From NCBI GenBank assembly GCA_951406725.2, contig OX597816.1, positions 29,140,001-29,204,000 on the forward strand: a stretch of DNA of 64,000 nt. Reading direction: 5' to 3'. Source of the stretch: Octopus vulgaris (taxonomy: Eukaryota). Made by a program: the position numbers and the translations under genes. A model generated the notes under the pieces. The model worked only from the letters and a program-made list of their open reading frames with translations, did not search any database and was not told the DNA's origin. How positions within the stretch are numbered: the stretch's first letter is position 1; every line of letters begins with the position of its first letter. Shown one piece after another: positions 11,717 to 25,629 of the stretch.

Positions 11717-14296
11717 TACGTCGTAAAGTTATTTCGCAAGAAAGAAAATTGTTATTAAAATGTTCTGAAAGAGTTCCAAGACGATTCGTGCAAGAGTGGC
11801 AGACATTTCATTCCTATATTCTTATTAAAAAATCGTGATACCACTTCATTCATAGTTCTATTCTTTGTATCATGATCAACTGCAGTTTAGTTGGATAATA
11901 TTAGATAAAGTTTATCAGAAAAGAAAGAGTGTTTCTAATGTCAAATGAGATAGGTATGAATTACTCATGTGTGTAGGTTGAGAGTTATTATTCCAAGAAA
12001 TATTCTTCTCAAAATCCTTACAAAGTCCATAGAAATCAGGTGCACCAGCATTCCACAAGAATGAAATCGCCGTCAACTAATAGTATTTCATATTTCCCCG
12101 ACCCGGCTGACCATATTCAATATTAATATATAAATATGTAGCATAGTGCTCCATCCAGAGTGCAAAGAGTAAAAATACCAGGGAATAATAAAAGAATTCA
12201 GAATAAAAATATTACAAAAGTTGATGGAGACGTTTAGAAAAGTATGAAGTAGAAAAATGAATAAAGGAAACCTGAAAAATAGAAGAAATACGAAAATACT
12301 TCTGGAAATTCTATAGAGCGAAACAGATTAAGAGAAACTATTTAAGAATGAACGGTTGGTTTGCATTGTTATTATTATTATTATTATTATTATTTTTTTT
12401 TTTTGGTGAGATATTTTACATCCAGTCACAATAATATATTATGTGATCTTAAAACTTCCCGCTGCTAAGCACTTTATATTTTTCTCTTTTTCTCTACCAC
12501 TTCTACAAACTTTCCAACCGTATGATTCACATCTTAACTGTCTTCAACATTTCCCTCTTTCTCTTCAACTCCCTTTCCACTAATTACATGAGTGATAGTA
12601 TAATGCATCTGCTGGCTATCTCCTCTCTCATTCACTTACATATTTTCTCTTCCTCTCTCTCACGCCACCCACTCTCCAACAAATAAATCGTAAAGTGTGA
12701 ACGAACAGGTATGAGATTAATATAGATTTAGTTCAATAAAAAATCTTTTTCACTATTAACATACCACCATCATCATCATCACTATAGATTTCAGTAACAA
12801 AGCTCATTTCATTTCATTTCAGTGCAGCTGTTTGGTTATATCTACTTTTGCTTGTCGATGTATCCCTACTTCCACAATACAAACGCTCTCCGCCCGTCTC
12901 TCTCAGTATAACTGCGTACTTTGTCCATCTATCTTTATTCGCCTTTCTTTAACCTAACCACGTAGAACGTCACCCGCTGCTAAATATTGTATCCTAAACA
13001 TATCTGTTTACCTCTCCTTCTCCTCGCTACAGAACGCCGTAAAAACTTCTCCTTCCCCCTTTTATCTCGCCGTCTCTTTCTCTCTCTTCGCCTCTCCCTT
13101 CAACTAAACACTTGACGCATATTTCTCTACTGCTTCCGCATCACTTTCTTTTTTATTCACATTCACCCCTCACTCTCTCTCACTTTTACTCTACTTCTCA
13201 TTCGCTCCACCTCCACCTCGCTAGCTAACAAAATATAACGCTTGAAAGAACAAACAGACTATTATATATATTGGAAAGCGCAAATTCTGTTTACAGCACA
13301 TGCTTTCCAAGTCGCTATGATGTAAAGACATCTTCATTTACGAAGTTGAAGCAGATACTAAAATCTTGCATTTGTTTCATAACATGTGATTTCTCAGAAA
13401 AATTCTGCACCTATTGGTCCCATAAATATGTACACATTTGATGTCTTGAACCTTCTCCGTTCAACTCTTTATTTGATTTCCTCTCTTACAAAGATCATAT
13501 AATTATCTTGTCAACATCCAAGTTGCTACACTACACAAATTATAAATTTATGGGACACAGGTTGAAGGATTCAAGGCAGTTGGGGGTGTGGTTTCTGCTT
13601 CATAAACATGTGATTCTTTCTCCAGGGATATACTGGAACTCCAATTGGCGTGGATGTTGATCTGAGTAATAATTTCAGATTTTATACCCGACCACTCCAT
13701 AAAATATTTAAGAATAATAATATGAATAATAGATATTAAATAATATAAAACGTAACTCTTGTGTATCCCAAATTATTCGAAATGAAAGTCTAAAAAGTAA
13801 GTTACTAGATTGGTTGTCTGGGATAATACATAGATTGAATGAAACAAACAACGATAAAGGTGGCTTGTTCCCGTGATGCATTCATTTCCGGTTCCCGTGA
13901 GAGTACTACATAAAGGAATAGATACACTAGTTGAACTTTCTGACATATATTTGTAGTACATAGGTATTACCAAACGCGGATTTTACCTTATTTGCAAGAT
14001 GTAGCTATGTCTACTTTTCGCCGAGGAAAGAAGAGATAAGATAACATTCGTTTTATCTTCGTCTCTAATTTTATTTCATTATTTTTTTCTCATTATTATT
14101 TCATGTTTATTTCGTATTTGTTTATTCGCAATTCTTTATTCGCTATTCGTAACTTTTAAATATATATATATATGTATGTAAGTATATAATGCCCCAGCAA
14201 ATATGATACTGAGAAGCTATTTAATTTATTAAAGGATTTGTAAAATATTCTAAAGAAATATAAGTGTATTAATTAGTTAATGAATATATATATATA

Positions 14297-15539
14297 TCGT
14301 GTCATCCCATAAAGAATGCGATTTTTTCAATTGCATGAAATAATAGTTGATGGGGGACAGGATAAACTACGTACATTAACTTGCTATGAACGAAGGTAAT
14401 AATTTTACCTTGTACTTATTCTTGGTGCAACTTTTGTTGAAGAGTGCAGTTCGATTTTAACAGTTATTCTTTCAAACGTATAATGGAAATAACAAAGGAG
14501 CATAAGCGGCATATTTTGCTTTATGAGTTCCAGAAATGCAACAAAACAACGGAAGGTGTGAGGAATGCTAATCCACAATAAGTGTAAGAAAGTGTCAACG
14601 ATGTTTGAAGGAATTTCGAGCCAGAAACTACAGCCTAGAAGACGGCCCTCGTTCTGGAAGATCTGTAGAACATGACGAAGACGTCCTGCAAAACCTGGTG
14701 GAACAAAATCCCATCATAACTGTTGAGGAACTAGCAGAAAAGCTTGGATTTTCTCATTCAATCATTCATCGACTCCTGCGTGCCATTTGAAAATTCAGCA
14801 AATTAGGTCAATGAATTCCTCACAAACTTTCCGAGTCTAATCATGCGCAGAGAGTTAATGTGTGCTCTTCTTTGCTGTCACGTCACACAAATAAACCTTT
14901 CTTGGGTGGAATAGTGACTGGTTACGAGCAATGAGTTCTCTATCAAAATAGCAAGCGCCGAAGACAGTGGGTAGAGAAAGGAGAATCACTGAAACCCTAG
15001 GCTAAAGAAGGTCATCACCCACGTAAGGTGTTGTTATCTGTTCGGTGTGATACATCCACTGAACTTTTAAACCAAAAACCAATAATGAAGGACATCTACT
15101 GCGAACAACTTGAGCGGGTTACGTCAGCGCTAGACGAAATATGACCATCTTTGTTTTCAAGACGAAAGGTGGTTTTTCCATCAGAATAATGCTGGGCCAT
15201 ATACAGCGAGGATAACACTCCAAAGGCTGGAGTAGTTTAAATTGGAAACGATACCCCACACACCATATTTGGTGGACATTCTCGCATATGCTTATTATTT
15301 ATCCTGCAGTCTTGAAAATGTTTTGGACGGGAAAAATAGGAATTCTGTAGACGAGGTCAGAACAGTATTGGGGAGGTATTTTTCGTCAGGATTAAGTGAA
15401 TTTTGGAATAGGATCCTTGCAAGTCAACCACATAGATCGATGAGAATTCTAAAATGAAGAAGAGTATATTTTAGATTAAAAAATAATTTTGTTTATTTTA
15501 ATTTCGAAAAATAAACAGAATTATTCATGGAATGACTCA
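14297..15539 (+). mobile_element. Mariner DNA transposon, decayed
   Basis: TIRs tcgtgtcatcccataaagaa / ttattcatggaatgactca with TA flanks. MEITKEHKRHILLYEFQK at 14483, SLEDGPRSGR, ETIPHTPY. Confidence 0.9.
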
Positions 15540-15579
15540 TAATATATATATATGCATAGATACATCCATATGTATGTAT

Positions 15580-15690
15580 GCGCAGGAGTGATTGTGTGGT
15601 AAGTAGCTTGCTTACCAGCCACATGGTTCCTGGTCCAGTCTTCTTCTATAGCCTCGAGCAGGTGAGAAAGTTGGTGTGTGAAAGAACGTG
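15580..15690 (+). mobile_element. Partial SINE group A head
   Basis: gcgcaggagtgattgtgtggtaagtagcttgcttaccagccacatggttcc matches the group A 5' end. Confidence 0.7.
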
Positions 15691-15942
15691 GTTGAATATA
15701 TAGAATATAGTAAAAAGTGAAAAAACTACAGAAGGCTTGTTTTAAACCTCCCCTTATCTGGAACTCTTTCTTCACACTTCTCAACGTAAACATAACGATG
15801 TAAGAAATTTGAAAAGCTGAACGCGAAACCGGTCTTTCTTCAAAAACTATGTCATTGTATGAAAAAAAATTATAACATTCTTCAGACATAATGACTCAAA
15901 AGGGCCAGCATATTAAAAAATACCTTTAAAATTTAAAATTAT

Positions 15943-16295
15943 AAACAACTTATAAATAAGTGCAAACGAAAAAATTTCTAAAGCCAAATATGCCGAAAAA
16001 TTGGACATATTGTCCATTACCATATAATTTGTCACAATACGGTCAGTGATAAATTTGACAAAGAAATAAATGAGATACTTACTCATACCCACAGTTATCA
16101 CTGACGAAGGGAGGGTTCATACGAACTAACCCTGAAATCGGTCCGATACGGTAATAATGGAATTTTTTAGAAATTTCTGTCGGCTTTTTTTCGAGTAGCG
16201 TGCGTATTGTGATAAATTATATGGTAATGGACAATATGTCCAAATTTCGGCATATTTGGCATTAGCAATTTTTTCGTTTGCCCTTATTTATAAGT

Positions 16296-16300
<5 letters not shown>
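15943..16300 (+). mobile_element. Penelope-type pLTR module: about 100-bp inverted arms enclosing a hammerhead motif (16096-16148)
   Basis: 15943-16041 is the reverse complement of 16203-16300. The interior reads CUGACGA-AGGG..GUUC(AUAC)GAAC..CCCU-GAAA-UCGG-UC. Ends in (TA)n. Confidence 0.75.
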
Positions 16301-16347
<47 letters not shown>

Positions 16348-17092
16348 TAGACAACATGTATCTCTAAGTCTCCCAGTAATGGGGTTTTGTTCTGTGGGCT
16401 ATTTTCACTTCCACGTTATTTCCTAGGCTGTAAATGAAATCACGCGTAAACGTCTCCTTTCCCCAGAAAGGAAAGATTGCGCTGCTATTCCTTGCTCGCC
16501 CTGCTACGGCGTAACAGTCATTTCCGGTCCTTTATCGCAAATCTCTGGCGGTAAGATACGTTGAATGCACTCGAAAAAATCTATGGAAAAAAATATTTCA
16601 CACTGAGGTTACGAACGGGTCTTTAAGAAAATATTTAGCGTATTCTTTCACTTTAGAATATTTTTCAGATATTCCACAAAAACATTTTGTAATGGTATTC
16701 ACTTAAAAATAATTTTAAAAAAAACATCACAATATTGTCTATTTAAAGAAACCTGAAATATGAATACTTATTGTACAAACAGCTTATATTTTTTAAAATC
16801 ACGTTCACTTAAAAATATTTCCAAGTGATTAAAATATTTGTGTTTAACAAATTCGAAAATAGAAACATTTACTGAAGAAAAACTCGTATTTTTCTTTGTC
16901 AAGTCGCTGTGTCTAATGGAAAGATAAGAGCTTCTTCCCTTTCAGGATGAAGATTATTTGCGAAATATTTTCCCATTATGCACCGTTTTGGATATTTAAA
17001 GCTCAAAATCTGAAATATCTTGAAAACTGCTTATCTGATTTACATGAAACTTGCTATATTATGTTTTGTAACATTTCATGGTAAACTTAATT

Positions 17093-17185
17093 GATAGTAT
17101 TTTTCCATAATGCGTCACGTTTCGCTGGGTAACATTGTAAGCAAGCAAGCAAGATTCAAACTGACTTTTAATGTATTATACACAT

Positions 17186-17281
<96 letters not shown>

Positions 17282-17493
17282 CATTAAAAGTCAGTTTGAA
17301 TCTTGCTTACTTGGTTGCAATGTTACTCATCCAAGCTACCGCATAATGGGAAAATGCTATCATTAAAATACTATCATTAAAAATTTGTTTATGAAATCAT
17401 GTATAGTTCAATAATCAAATTTACAAACTGTCTTCATAATATTTTAATTAGAATAGATGACGAAGTTCACTTTTTAATTTCATTCAGTTAATG

Positions 17494-17562
<69 letters not shown>

Positions 17563-17573
17563 TATATGCACAT

Positions 17574-17606
<33 letters not shown>

Positions 17607-17754
17607 TACACATATATATATATATATTATTTAATATTAACTGAATGAAATTAAAAAATAAACTTCGTCATCTGTTCAAATTAAAATATTATGAAGACAG
17701 TTTGCAAATTTGATTATTGAACTATTCATAATTTCATAAACAAGTTTTTAATGA
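17093..17754. repeat. Two adjacent inverted repeats, each centred on a microsatellite
   Basis: 17093-17180 vs 17275-17361 and 17374-17496 vs 17632-17754 are reverse complements. Confidence 0.88.
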
Positions 17755-18539
17755 ATTACTCACTATCGAGGATTTTTTCCGAAATATGCTCCGATCGATT
17801 AGAAGTCAATTAGAATACGTATCGTTAAAGCTTCTTCAAAAACGCATTGATTGTCTAATACTACGTATACTGCCGGATAATCTCGTTTAAGTTTATAATC
17901 TAACGAGCCATTGCCCAATTATAAATATCCATTGCATGTTATATTTACACTTTCACTGTTGTATTTATAATTACCTTTTTGATGCATTTTATATTTAAAT
18001 ATTTCATATCAGACTTCCACAGTGAAACATTTATCATTAATGCCCTACAATTGGAATACAAACTTAATCACCGTATTATTTAAAGGTAATATTCCACATA
18101 GATTATTCTGTATACTGGAGCGAATCTTAAATACTATTTATAAAATCTTTGACATGCTAGGCACCTGATGTCTCTATCACATTCCTTGAAAAGTAATCGA
18201 GAGACAATTCAAGCACCAAATTTGAAATGGGTTTTCTAAACTAGTAGCAGCCACTAACTGTTGCAGGAAATTAGTAATAATGGTACAACCCTCCTTCGTG
18301 TAGAATGGAATAAACTAGTCACTATAAGGAAAGAGAAGTATGTGACTTACGAGAGTACGTAGCAGTCTGTGTTATGGTTAAAATCCTTGTAATTCCGTGG
18401 AAGTAAGTAATGTTATAATTGTAATAATATATTTGTTGAAGGTCTCCCCTCGTCGTTGTAGTAATGATTATTGATTGTTGCTGTTACTGCTAGAAATACT
18501 GTTACTGTTGTTGTTGACTTGTTTTCGTGCATTTTGTCG

Positions 18540-20330
18540 GAAAACGGAGAAAGTGCCAGCGGGAAGCCACATTTATGCGGCAGCAACTGGTAGAGGAGTA
18601 GAAGTTGAAGCTTTGGAGGTGCGTGAAGTACAATTTCAGCCGAAGATGAAAGAATGTGAGAAAATACTGAAAAGGGAGGGAACCACGTTAAAATTGACGC
18701 TGGTTGAGAACTTCACAAGCAGTGTAAACAAGAGAACGGTTATTTTTAAAACTGAGGTTATCATCAAGGAAGATCCAAAGAGCAATAATTGAGGTTATTG
18801 AGAATTGCTTCAAGGACATTAAGTAGCTGACCACGTTCATCACACGTGGATGTGGGTATGGCCATATGAACGGAAGAATGGGTACTTTTGCGACGTACTG
18901 TGGCAAGCGTGTTGCCAAGGTGAGAGTTGGCAAAGTATCCCTAGAGATAGAGGAAACATGACTGAGGGCAGCCATAATGTTTAACATGGAGGAGGATGCC
19001 AAGATACTCAAGGCAACGAGAATAGGTTGAATTATTGGGGTATGGAATGGAGATGGCCATACAAGCGAGTTTGGAAAACCTCAACAAAATTGCAGAAGAA
19101 ATAGTTCTGCCCGAGAATGTAAGACTGAGAGTGGTGATGGAGGGTAAACTTCCCATATGCTTCTCATGTGGAGAGAAATACGACATGAAGGCGAGGTGCC
19201 CCTAGAGAGAAAAGGAACAACAGATGGAACAGACTGAGGGGCTGGAGAGTGTGGACCAGATGGTACAAGTTGAGGTAGAGTAAGAGGTTGTGAAAGAAGT
19301 CAGACGGGGGGAAGCTGAAAAGATGGTTGACACGTGGATTGAAAAGGAGCTTGAAGAGGAGCTCGAGGAGGAGATTAAGGAGACAGTAGGAAAGACACTG
19401 GTTATACCATTGGAGGAAAAGGATTTTGGAGAACAAGTGTATGAGGGTGAAATGGCAAGACTATTCAGAGTGGAGGAGGAAAAAGAAAACGTACCAATAG
19501 TAGAGCGGGAAATGGAAAAACAAGTTAGAAAGGCGGAAAAATACCGATGGAATTTTGTTACAAATGCTAAAAATAAAGAAACTGAACGAAAAATAATGAA
19601 ATTTAAGTCTAACATACGAGTGACGCTACCCACAGATATTTACTCAGAGAACGTGATGGCCATTGTGGTCGACAAGGAGAGGTACAACAGGTTGAAAGAT
19701 ATGTGTGGAAGAGGAATTTTTGTTAAAGTGTTAGAGAGAGAGAGGTTGAGAAGGAAGTCAGATAGGAGGAAGTTGAGAAGATGATTGACAAGAATATTTC
19801 TGAAAAGGAGCTTGAAGAGGGGCTCGAGGAAGAGTTTCAGGAGCAAAGATACTAGTTATAACAGTGGAGGAAAAGGATTTAAGCGAACAAGTGTATGAGA
19901 GTGAAATGGCGAAACTGTTCAGGGTGGAGGAGGAAAAAGAAAAAGTAACAGGAGTAGAGTAAAAAAAAGGAAAAACAAGCAAAGGAAAAAGAGAAAAATA
20001 CCGATGGAATTTTGTGACAAACGCTAAAAATAAAGAAACTGAGTGGAAAATAATGAAATTTAAGTCCATTATAAGGGTAAAGTTGCCCTCAGATGTTTAT
20101 ACGGAGAACGTGAAGACCCTTGTGGTCGACAAGGAGAGGTACAACATGTTGAAAGATATGTGGGGAAAAGGAATTGATCCGCCAGGAGTAACGGTGGAAT
20201 TTGATGAATTGCCACCAGTGGTAGAATTGCAAGAACTTGAAACTTTTATGAATTAAAAATAAAGCATAAAATAAGTAAAATAGCAACAGAATAAAATTGT
20301 TTAATTTTTAAAAAAGAGAAAAAGAGAAGT
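18540..20330 (+). mobile_element. ORF1-only (L1/Tx1-like ORF1 with zinc knuckle) non-autonomous retroelement, disrupted
   Basis: Joined frames give GKRVAKVRVGKV...IAEEIVLPENVRLRVVMEGKLPICFSCGEK (degenerate knuckle) and an acidic C-terminus. Stop at 20256 is followed by an A-rich tail, with no endonuclease/RT. Homologous to 32409-33230. Confidence 0.7.
19283..20175 (+). repeat. About 458-bp tandem duplication of the ORF1 C-terminal region
   Basis: 19283-19718 matches 19741-20175; both encode KYRWNFVTNAKNKETE.KIMKFKS...VVDKERYN.LKDM. Confidence 0.9.
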
Positions 20331-20487
20331 AAAAATGAACGATTGTAAACTGCATTTAAACGTTCAAATGGCACTGCATTAGATTGGGGCTGATGCAACC
20401 ATTTCATTTCCATTATTATATAACATCTTCATTTTCATTCATTTTATGTTTTTCGTTCCCACTATGGTGTTCTGTCTGTCCCCTCTG

Positions 20488-22470
20488 TGTAATGGCCGTA
20501 GTGCCAAAATAGAGAAAGAGTACGTAGTAGGCAGTCGGAGATGATCGTGTCTTTATTAGTATACTGGGCATATACCAATCGAACATTATAACGATATAAC
20601 AGTGGCGATGAGGATTTAATAACTCACGATGAATTAAAAACTCACGAGGTATCAACAAACTTACAAACGTTTTAGTTGTGCTAATTTTACGAATAAAGTA
20701 TCGTAAAATTATGGAAAATTTGTTGGCCGGTTTGCTCGAGTTACAAGAACAGCAACAGCAACAAATGAAAGAACGACAACAGCAGCACCTACAACTGAAA
20801 GAACAACAGCTGAAGCAACAACAACAGCGTCTACAATAACTGAAAGAACAACAACAGCAGCAGATACAACTGGAAGAGCAACAATAAAAGCGACAACAAC
20901 AACAAAAAATAATATTACAGCAACGGATGCTGCAATTGCAGAAGTCATCAGGAAAGTCAGAAAAAGTATTCTTAACGAAGAAGATATGAGCAAATCCTCG
21001 ATAAAGAATGTAAAGCTGGGGACGACGAGAGGAAACCGCGCTTAATCCTAAGAAAACTGGTGGCAGCAGAAAAATGAGCTTTACAGTAATTATGTAGTCC
21101 CAAGAAAACTTACGGAGATAAACTTTAATGTCGCAACATATATATTGTGTAAAGTCTGCTGTGAAAAAAGCTCGTTGTTCAAGACACATTGGAAGTGTCT
21201 GGACATAGAAAACAATACAACGACGAGGACTACATAACATATACTGGTAGAGTAAACAGAGAATGCGAGAAGTTCAAGCTGGACGAATTAACGTGAAATG
21301 TGTTCAAATGGCTGATTTTTAAACAGGGACTATCTGCCGAAAAGAACGCAGAATTTAACGCTAGGATTCTCGCGAAGCTGGAAGAAAAGCAGGTCGTATC
21401 ACTACAGCAAGCGTCAGAAGAAATTGAAAGGATAGTGAAATTAAGACACGACACAGAAGAAATTGATCGTAAAGATTGTTTCCAAGTAAAACGAGGGCGC
21501 AGGAGTGGCTGTGTGGTAAGTAGCTTGTTTACCAACCACATGGTTCCGGGTTCAGTCCCACTGCGTGGCACATTGGGAAAGTGTCTTTTACTATAGTCTC
21601 GGGCCGACCAAAGCCTTGTGAGTGGATTTGGTAGACGGAAACTAAAAGAAGCCCGTCGTATATATGTATATATATATATATATATATGCGTGTGTGTGTT
21701 TGTGCGTCTGTGTTTGTCCCCCTAGCATTGCTTGACAACCGATGCTGGTGTGTTTATGTCCCCGTTACTTAGCGGTTCGGCAAAAGAGACCGATAGAATA
21801 AGTACTGGGCTTACAAAAGAATAATTCCCTGGTCGAGCTGCTCGATTAAAGGCGGTGCTCCAGCATGGCCGCAGTCAAATGACTGAAACAAGTAAAAGAG
21901 TAAAAGAGTAAAGAGAGAGATATAGTCGGAATACATATAAAGTATTTTCTAAAAAATACGACAAATGTTAGGAAATAAACTGATGTTTTGCGTGTTGGCG
22001 TTTACACCTGAGGAAAAAAGTGTTCGCTTAAAGCAGCTGAGTGTATAAAGGTGCACTGTAAAACGAAGGTCACAAAATGTCAGAACAAAGGGAAAAGAAT
22101 CAATAGCATGTCATTAGAAGAAATTGGTAATATAATGATGAGGAAATTTCTGAAGATGAAAATCAGAAATGCAAGTGTTAAAATGCAATTGGAGACTGGT
22201 AGCAATATCACCATTATAAACGAAACGCTTAGAAATATGTTGGTAAGCTGAAATCAATTAAATCGAAAAAGTTGGTACATGGTGTAACGGGAAAAAGATT
22301 ATATCATTTCGGTGAATTCATATTTAATGTAAACTTTCGACTTCAAACGAAAAAGGCAAAGATATATGTGATAAAAAGTTCATCTAACGTATTTCGGAAC
22401 ACAGGGGATGGAACTATTCTAAGTATGGAATACGTCCATAAGTGTTTTGTATAATCAAATGAAGCAATAA
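20488..22470 (+). mobile_element. Gypsy (Mag-like) LTR retrotransposon 5' part: LTR, PBS, gag, protease
   Basis: LTR end ...ATAACA (about 20600) followed by PBS GTGGCGATGAGGA (tRNA-Ser(GCU) type). Q-rich gag start at 20711, FKWLIFKQGL...RILAKLE, protease-like MQLETGSNITII. Interrupted by a SINE; LTR start is approximate. Confidence 0.85.
21496..21913 (+). mobile_element. SINE group A inserted in Gypsy gag
   Basis: A box TGGCTGTGTGG, B box GGTTCAGTCCC, tail GTAAAAGA repeats. Confidence 0.93.
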
Positions 22471-22806
22471 ATTGGCAGAAATGTCATTTTGCCAAACAGA
22501 ATGCTTTCTAAAACTTGTTACAGCACTTCAAGTCCTGAGTGCAAGGCCCACACATAGAATTTCGCCCTTGATCATTCATGTAACGATGATGAAATGTGCC
22601 ATGAAAGAACTACGTTCGCCAATTTTGAGTTTTCTTAGCTTTCAAACGATTGCTCTTATGATTCTCTTAAATGCCGTTGAGGCAAGATTGATTTCCATGT
22701 AGCAGACATTCTGCTTCTTGCCACATCGTAATAAATATGTCTGATATTTTAAAAACAGAATTCGACATACATGTGCAAAGATGTATATTATGACATTCCA
22801 TTAATA

Positions 22807-23208
22807 ACTCTTTTACTATTTACCCTTTTACTTGTTTCAGTCATTTGACTGCGGCCATGCTGGAGCACCGCCTTTAATCGAGCAAATCGACCCCGGGACT
22901 TATTCTTTGTAAGCCCAGTACTTATTCTATGGGTCTCTTTTGCCGAACCGCTAAGTGACGGGGACGTAAACACACCAGCATCGGTTGTCAAGCAATGCTA
23001 GGGGGACAAACACACACACACAAACACACACACATACACATATATACATTCATATACATATATACGACAGGCTCCTTTCAGTTTCCGTCTACCAAATCCA
23101 CTCACAAGGCATTGGTCGGCCCGGGGCTATAGCAGTGCCACGCAGTGGGACTGAACCCGGAACCATGTGGCTGGTTAGCAAGCTACTTACCACACAGCCA
23201 CTCCTGCG
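22807..23208 (-). mobile_element. SINE group A
   Basis: Reverse-complement match to the 21496 copy with a small internal deletion. Confidence 0.92.
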
Positions 23209-24379
23209 TTGTTAACTTTTTACTGAAAGATGTTTGGTAATCTATTAGAAATGTAGTACTGGATGTTCATTGATCGAAGGATTAATTCGTGATCCAGTTT
23301 GACACCACAATTTGACGGAATATTGGTTTTATTGCGATCCTATTTCATGACTCTACTCTCGCTATTTTTCTTTCCACCAGTATCGCAGCATTGAAAAGGC
23401 TTACAGGCACTTCCTTCTGTTCTCTGTCTACGACACTAAAATAAAATACAATATTGTTTTTTAAGCTTATCAGCCTATATGAAACAGTATGCTTGAGACC
23501 TTCAGCCAGGAGATTTTTGCTCAAGCTCTATGAGAATCCTGCCACTCAGTATGAATTTATGTACAGGTAGATTGTTATGGATATGACATTTCTAGCATCA
23601 TTTCATTAATATAAATAGCAACGATAGCTGCCAATGTATTTATCACTTGATGTATTATTGCATGCATTAAGAAAAAATAAACTGTTGCTAATTTGGATCT
23701 CGTATACAGTAAAAGCTAACTTGCTGCAGGATTGTATTTAAAATCTATATGGAAATAGAAGGCTACTGCACATGGTTTCGTTCAATTCTGTAACAACTAT
23801 GAATATATCGCAGCGAATATTTTAGAAAAAAATGAAAATCGATAATTTTAGAACATTCTTGAATTAGCGGATGAGTTGAGATCGTCACTCAAAACCAGGT
23901 GATATGTTTGTGGGAACGTCCATGATTTAAAACCTTTCTCAAGCTAAGCCAACACTCATATTCATGTCTTTTGTACCAAATTAGAAACATCTTTTAATAT
24001 GTAGAGAAAGGAACGACTGGTTGAATATATTATGTATTTCAGTAAGTAAGATGTTTTTCCCAGCTAAGGAAAAGCAATTAATTATATTCCACGAAACCAA
24101 ATAAGCCGCTGCTCAGTACACTCGTAACTGATAGAAAGCTGCGTAAGTGATACAAAGAGGGAACAATATAGGATAAAAAATAGAGCGTGAAATCCTCTTC
24201 CTGGTAATGATCAATAATCGATTGCATACTTTATGATTGATAATTGAACTTTAAAAAAATCGTGAAATTATAGTCCATACATCCTTCTATATGCTTTGCT
24301 GTATAGACACAATCATATAGTCACAAACTCACACTAACATAGAAACACACATAGATATATGCATATATATATATGTATA

Positions 24380-24434
<55 letters not shown>

Positions 24435-25590
24435 GCACATGTGTGAGTGTGTGTCTGTGTATGTGTGAGTGTGTGTCTGTATGTGTGAGTGTGTATGTTT
24501 TTATACAAACATAGCAACATATATGTGAGTACTAATAAATGCATTTGTGTGTAAATGTGTACATATATGGTTTCCGCTCATATTGGTATATCTAATGCCG
24601 CTTACATCACACACACACACAAGCGTACACATTATAATAGCGAAACAAATTAATAAGATATTTAATTAAATTTTCATGGAATGATATATAAATCAATCCG
24701 AAAGTAGGTATCACTATGAAAATTACGTTAATTGCTTTAATGAAATATTTTACTGATTGCATTTTATTATCACCAAGGCGGCTCTATCATCTTTGCAAAT
24801 TATAATTCAATCGATAAAATAAACCCTACTTTCCACTCCTTATCTGAAGGAAATTCAAGCATTAAAGACGACTCCTTAGAGTAATTTTACCTTCATTTAG
24901 TAATTCTACATTGTGGAAGGTTTCAATGCAGCGCTCCAGGTAATAGAAACCTTATTGTGCATATGTTAATGATGTCGTCATTACAGTCGACGCAATATCT
25001 CTTTCGATTTATGTTCAATTTGTAACACATTCTCTTTCTAAGCTTCCCTTTATATGCATCTTTTTATTCATATATGTGTCAGCAATAAACCTGACACTTT
25101 CGAACTTCCCAGGCGAATTTTCTGTTCGTTGAATTCTAATACAATATTATATGTTCCTCTTTATTTCATGAAATCAAAGTCCCTTGAGTACAATTCTTTA
25201 ACCAAATATCACGTTCGTAATTTTTCAATTTTTGTTTTCTCCCTTTATATTTCCCTTCTTAAGTTTCCAACAACGGTGGAAATAAACATATTCATTGCGC
25301 ATGTATATGCTGTGATACTTCAGTGTTTAGAAAATCATTTGCATATATAGACACCTGAAGAGTGATTATTAAAAAATCAATCATTAGAATCTTGCCATTA
25401 AAATCAAATTCATTCCCTATGCACTGCTGGAGGTAAAAACTAAAAAAACACAACGTTCAACAGCCGATGAGCCAAACGAAGTGAAGCAAATTCTGGAAAG
25501 TTTTCTCTATATGCCTTTCTGTAAGTATGTATACGTATATACTTAATTAATATACTTAATTATTTTTGTACGGTATATACGTATGTATGA

Positions 25591-25629
<39 letters not shown>

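Noticed and set aside
13260-13700. Possible coding remnant on the minus strand
   Set aside because: Stops in the frames I read and no convincing motif.
15811-15840. CTGAACGCGAAACCGGTC hammerhead-like string
   Set aside because: Core incomplete and stem II missing; at most a relic.
20416-21240. 274-aa Cys-rich ORF, the longest in the window
   Set aside because: Antisense reading of the Q-rich Gypsy gag.
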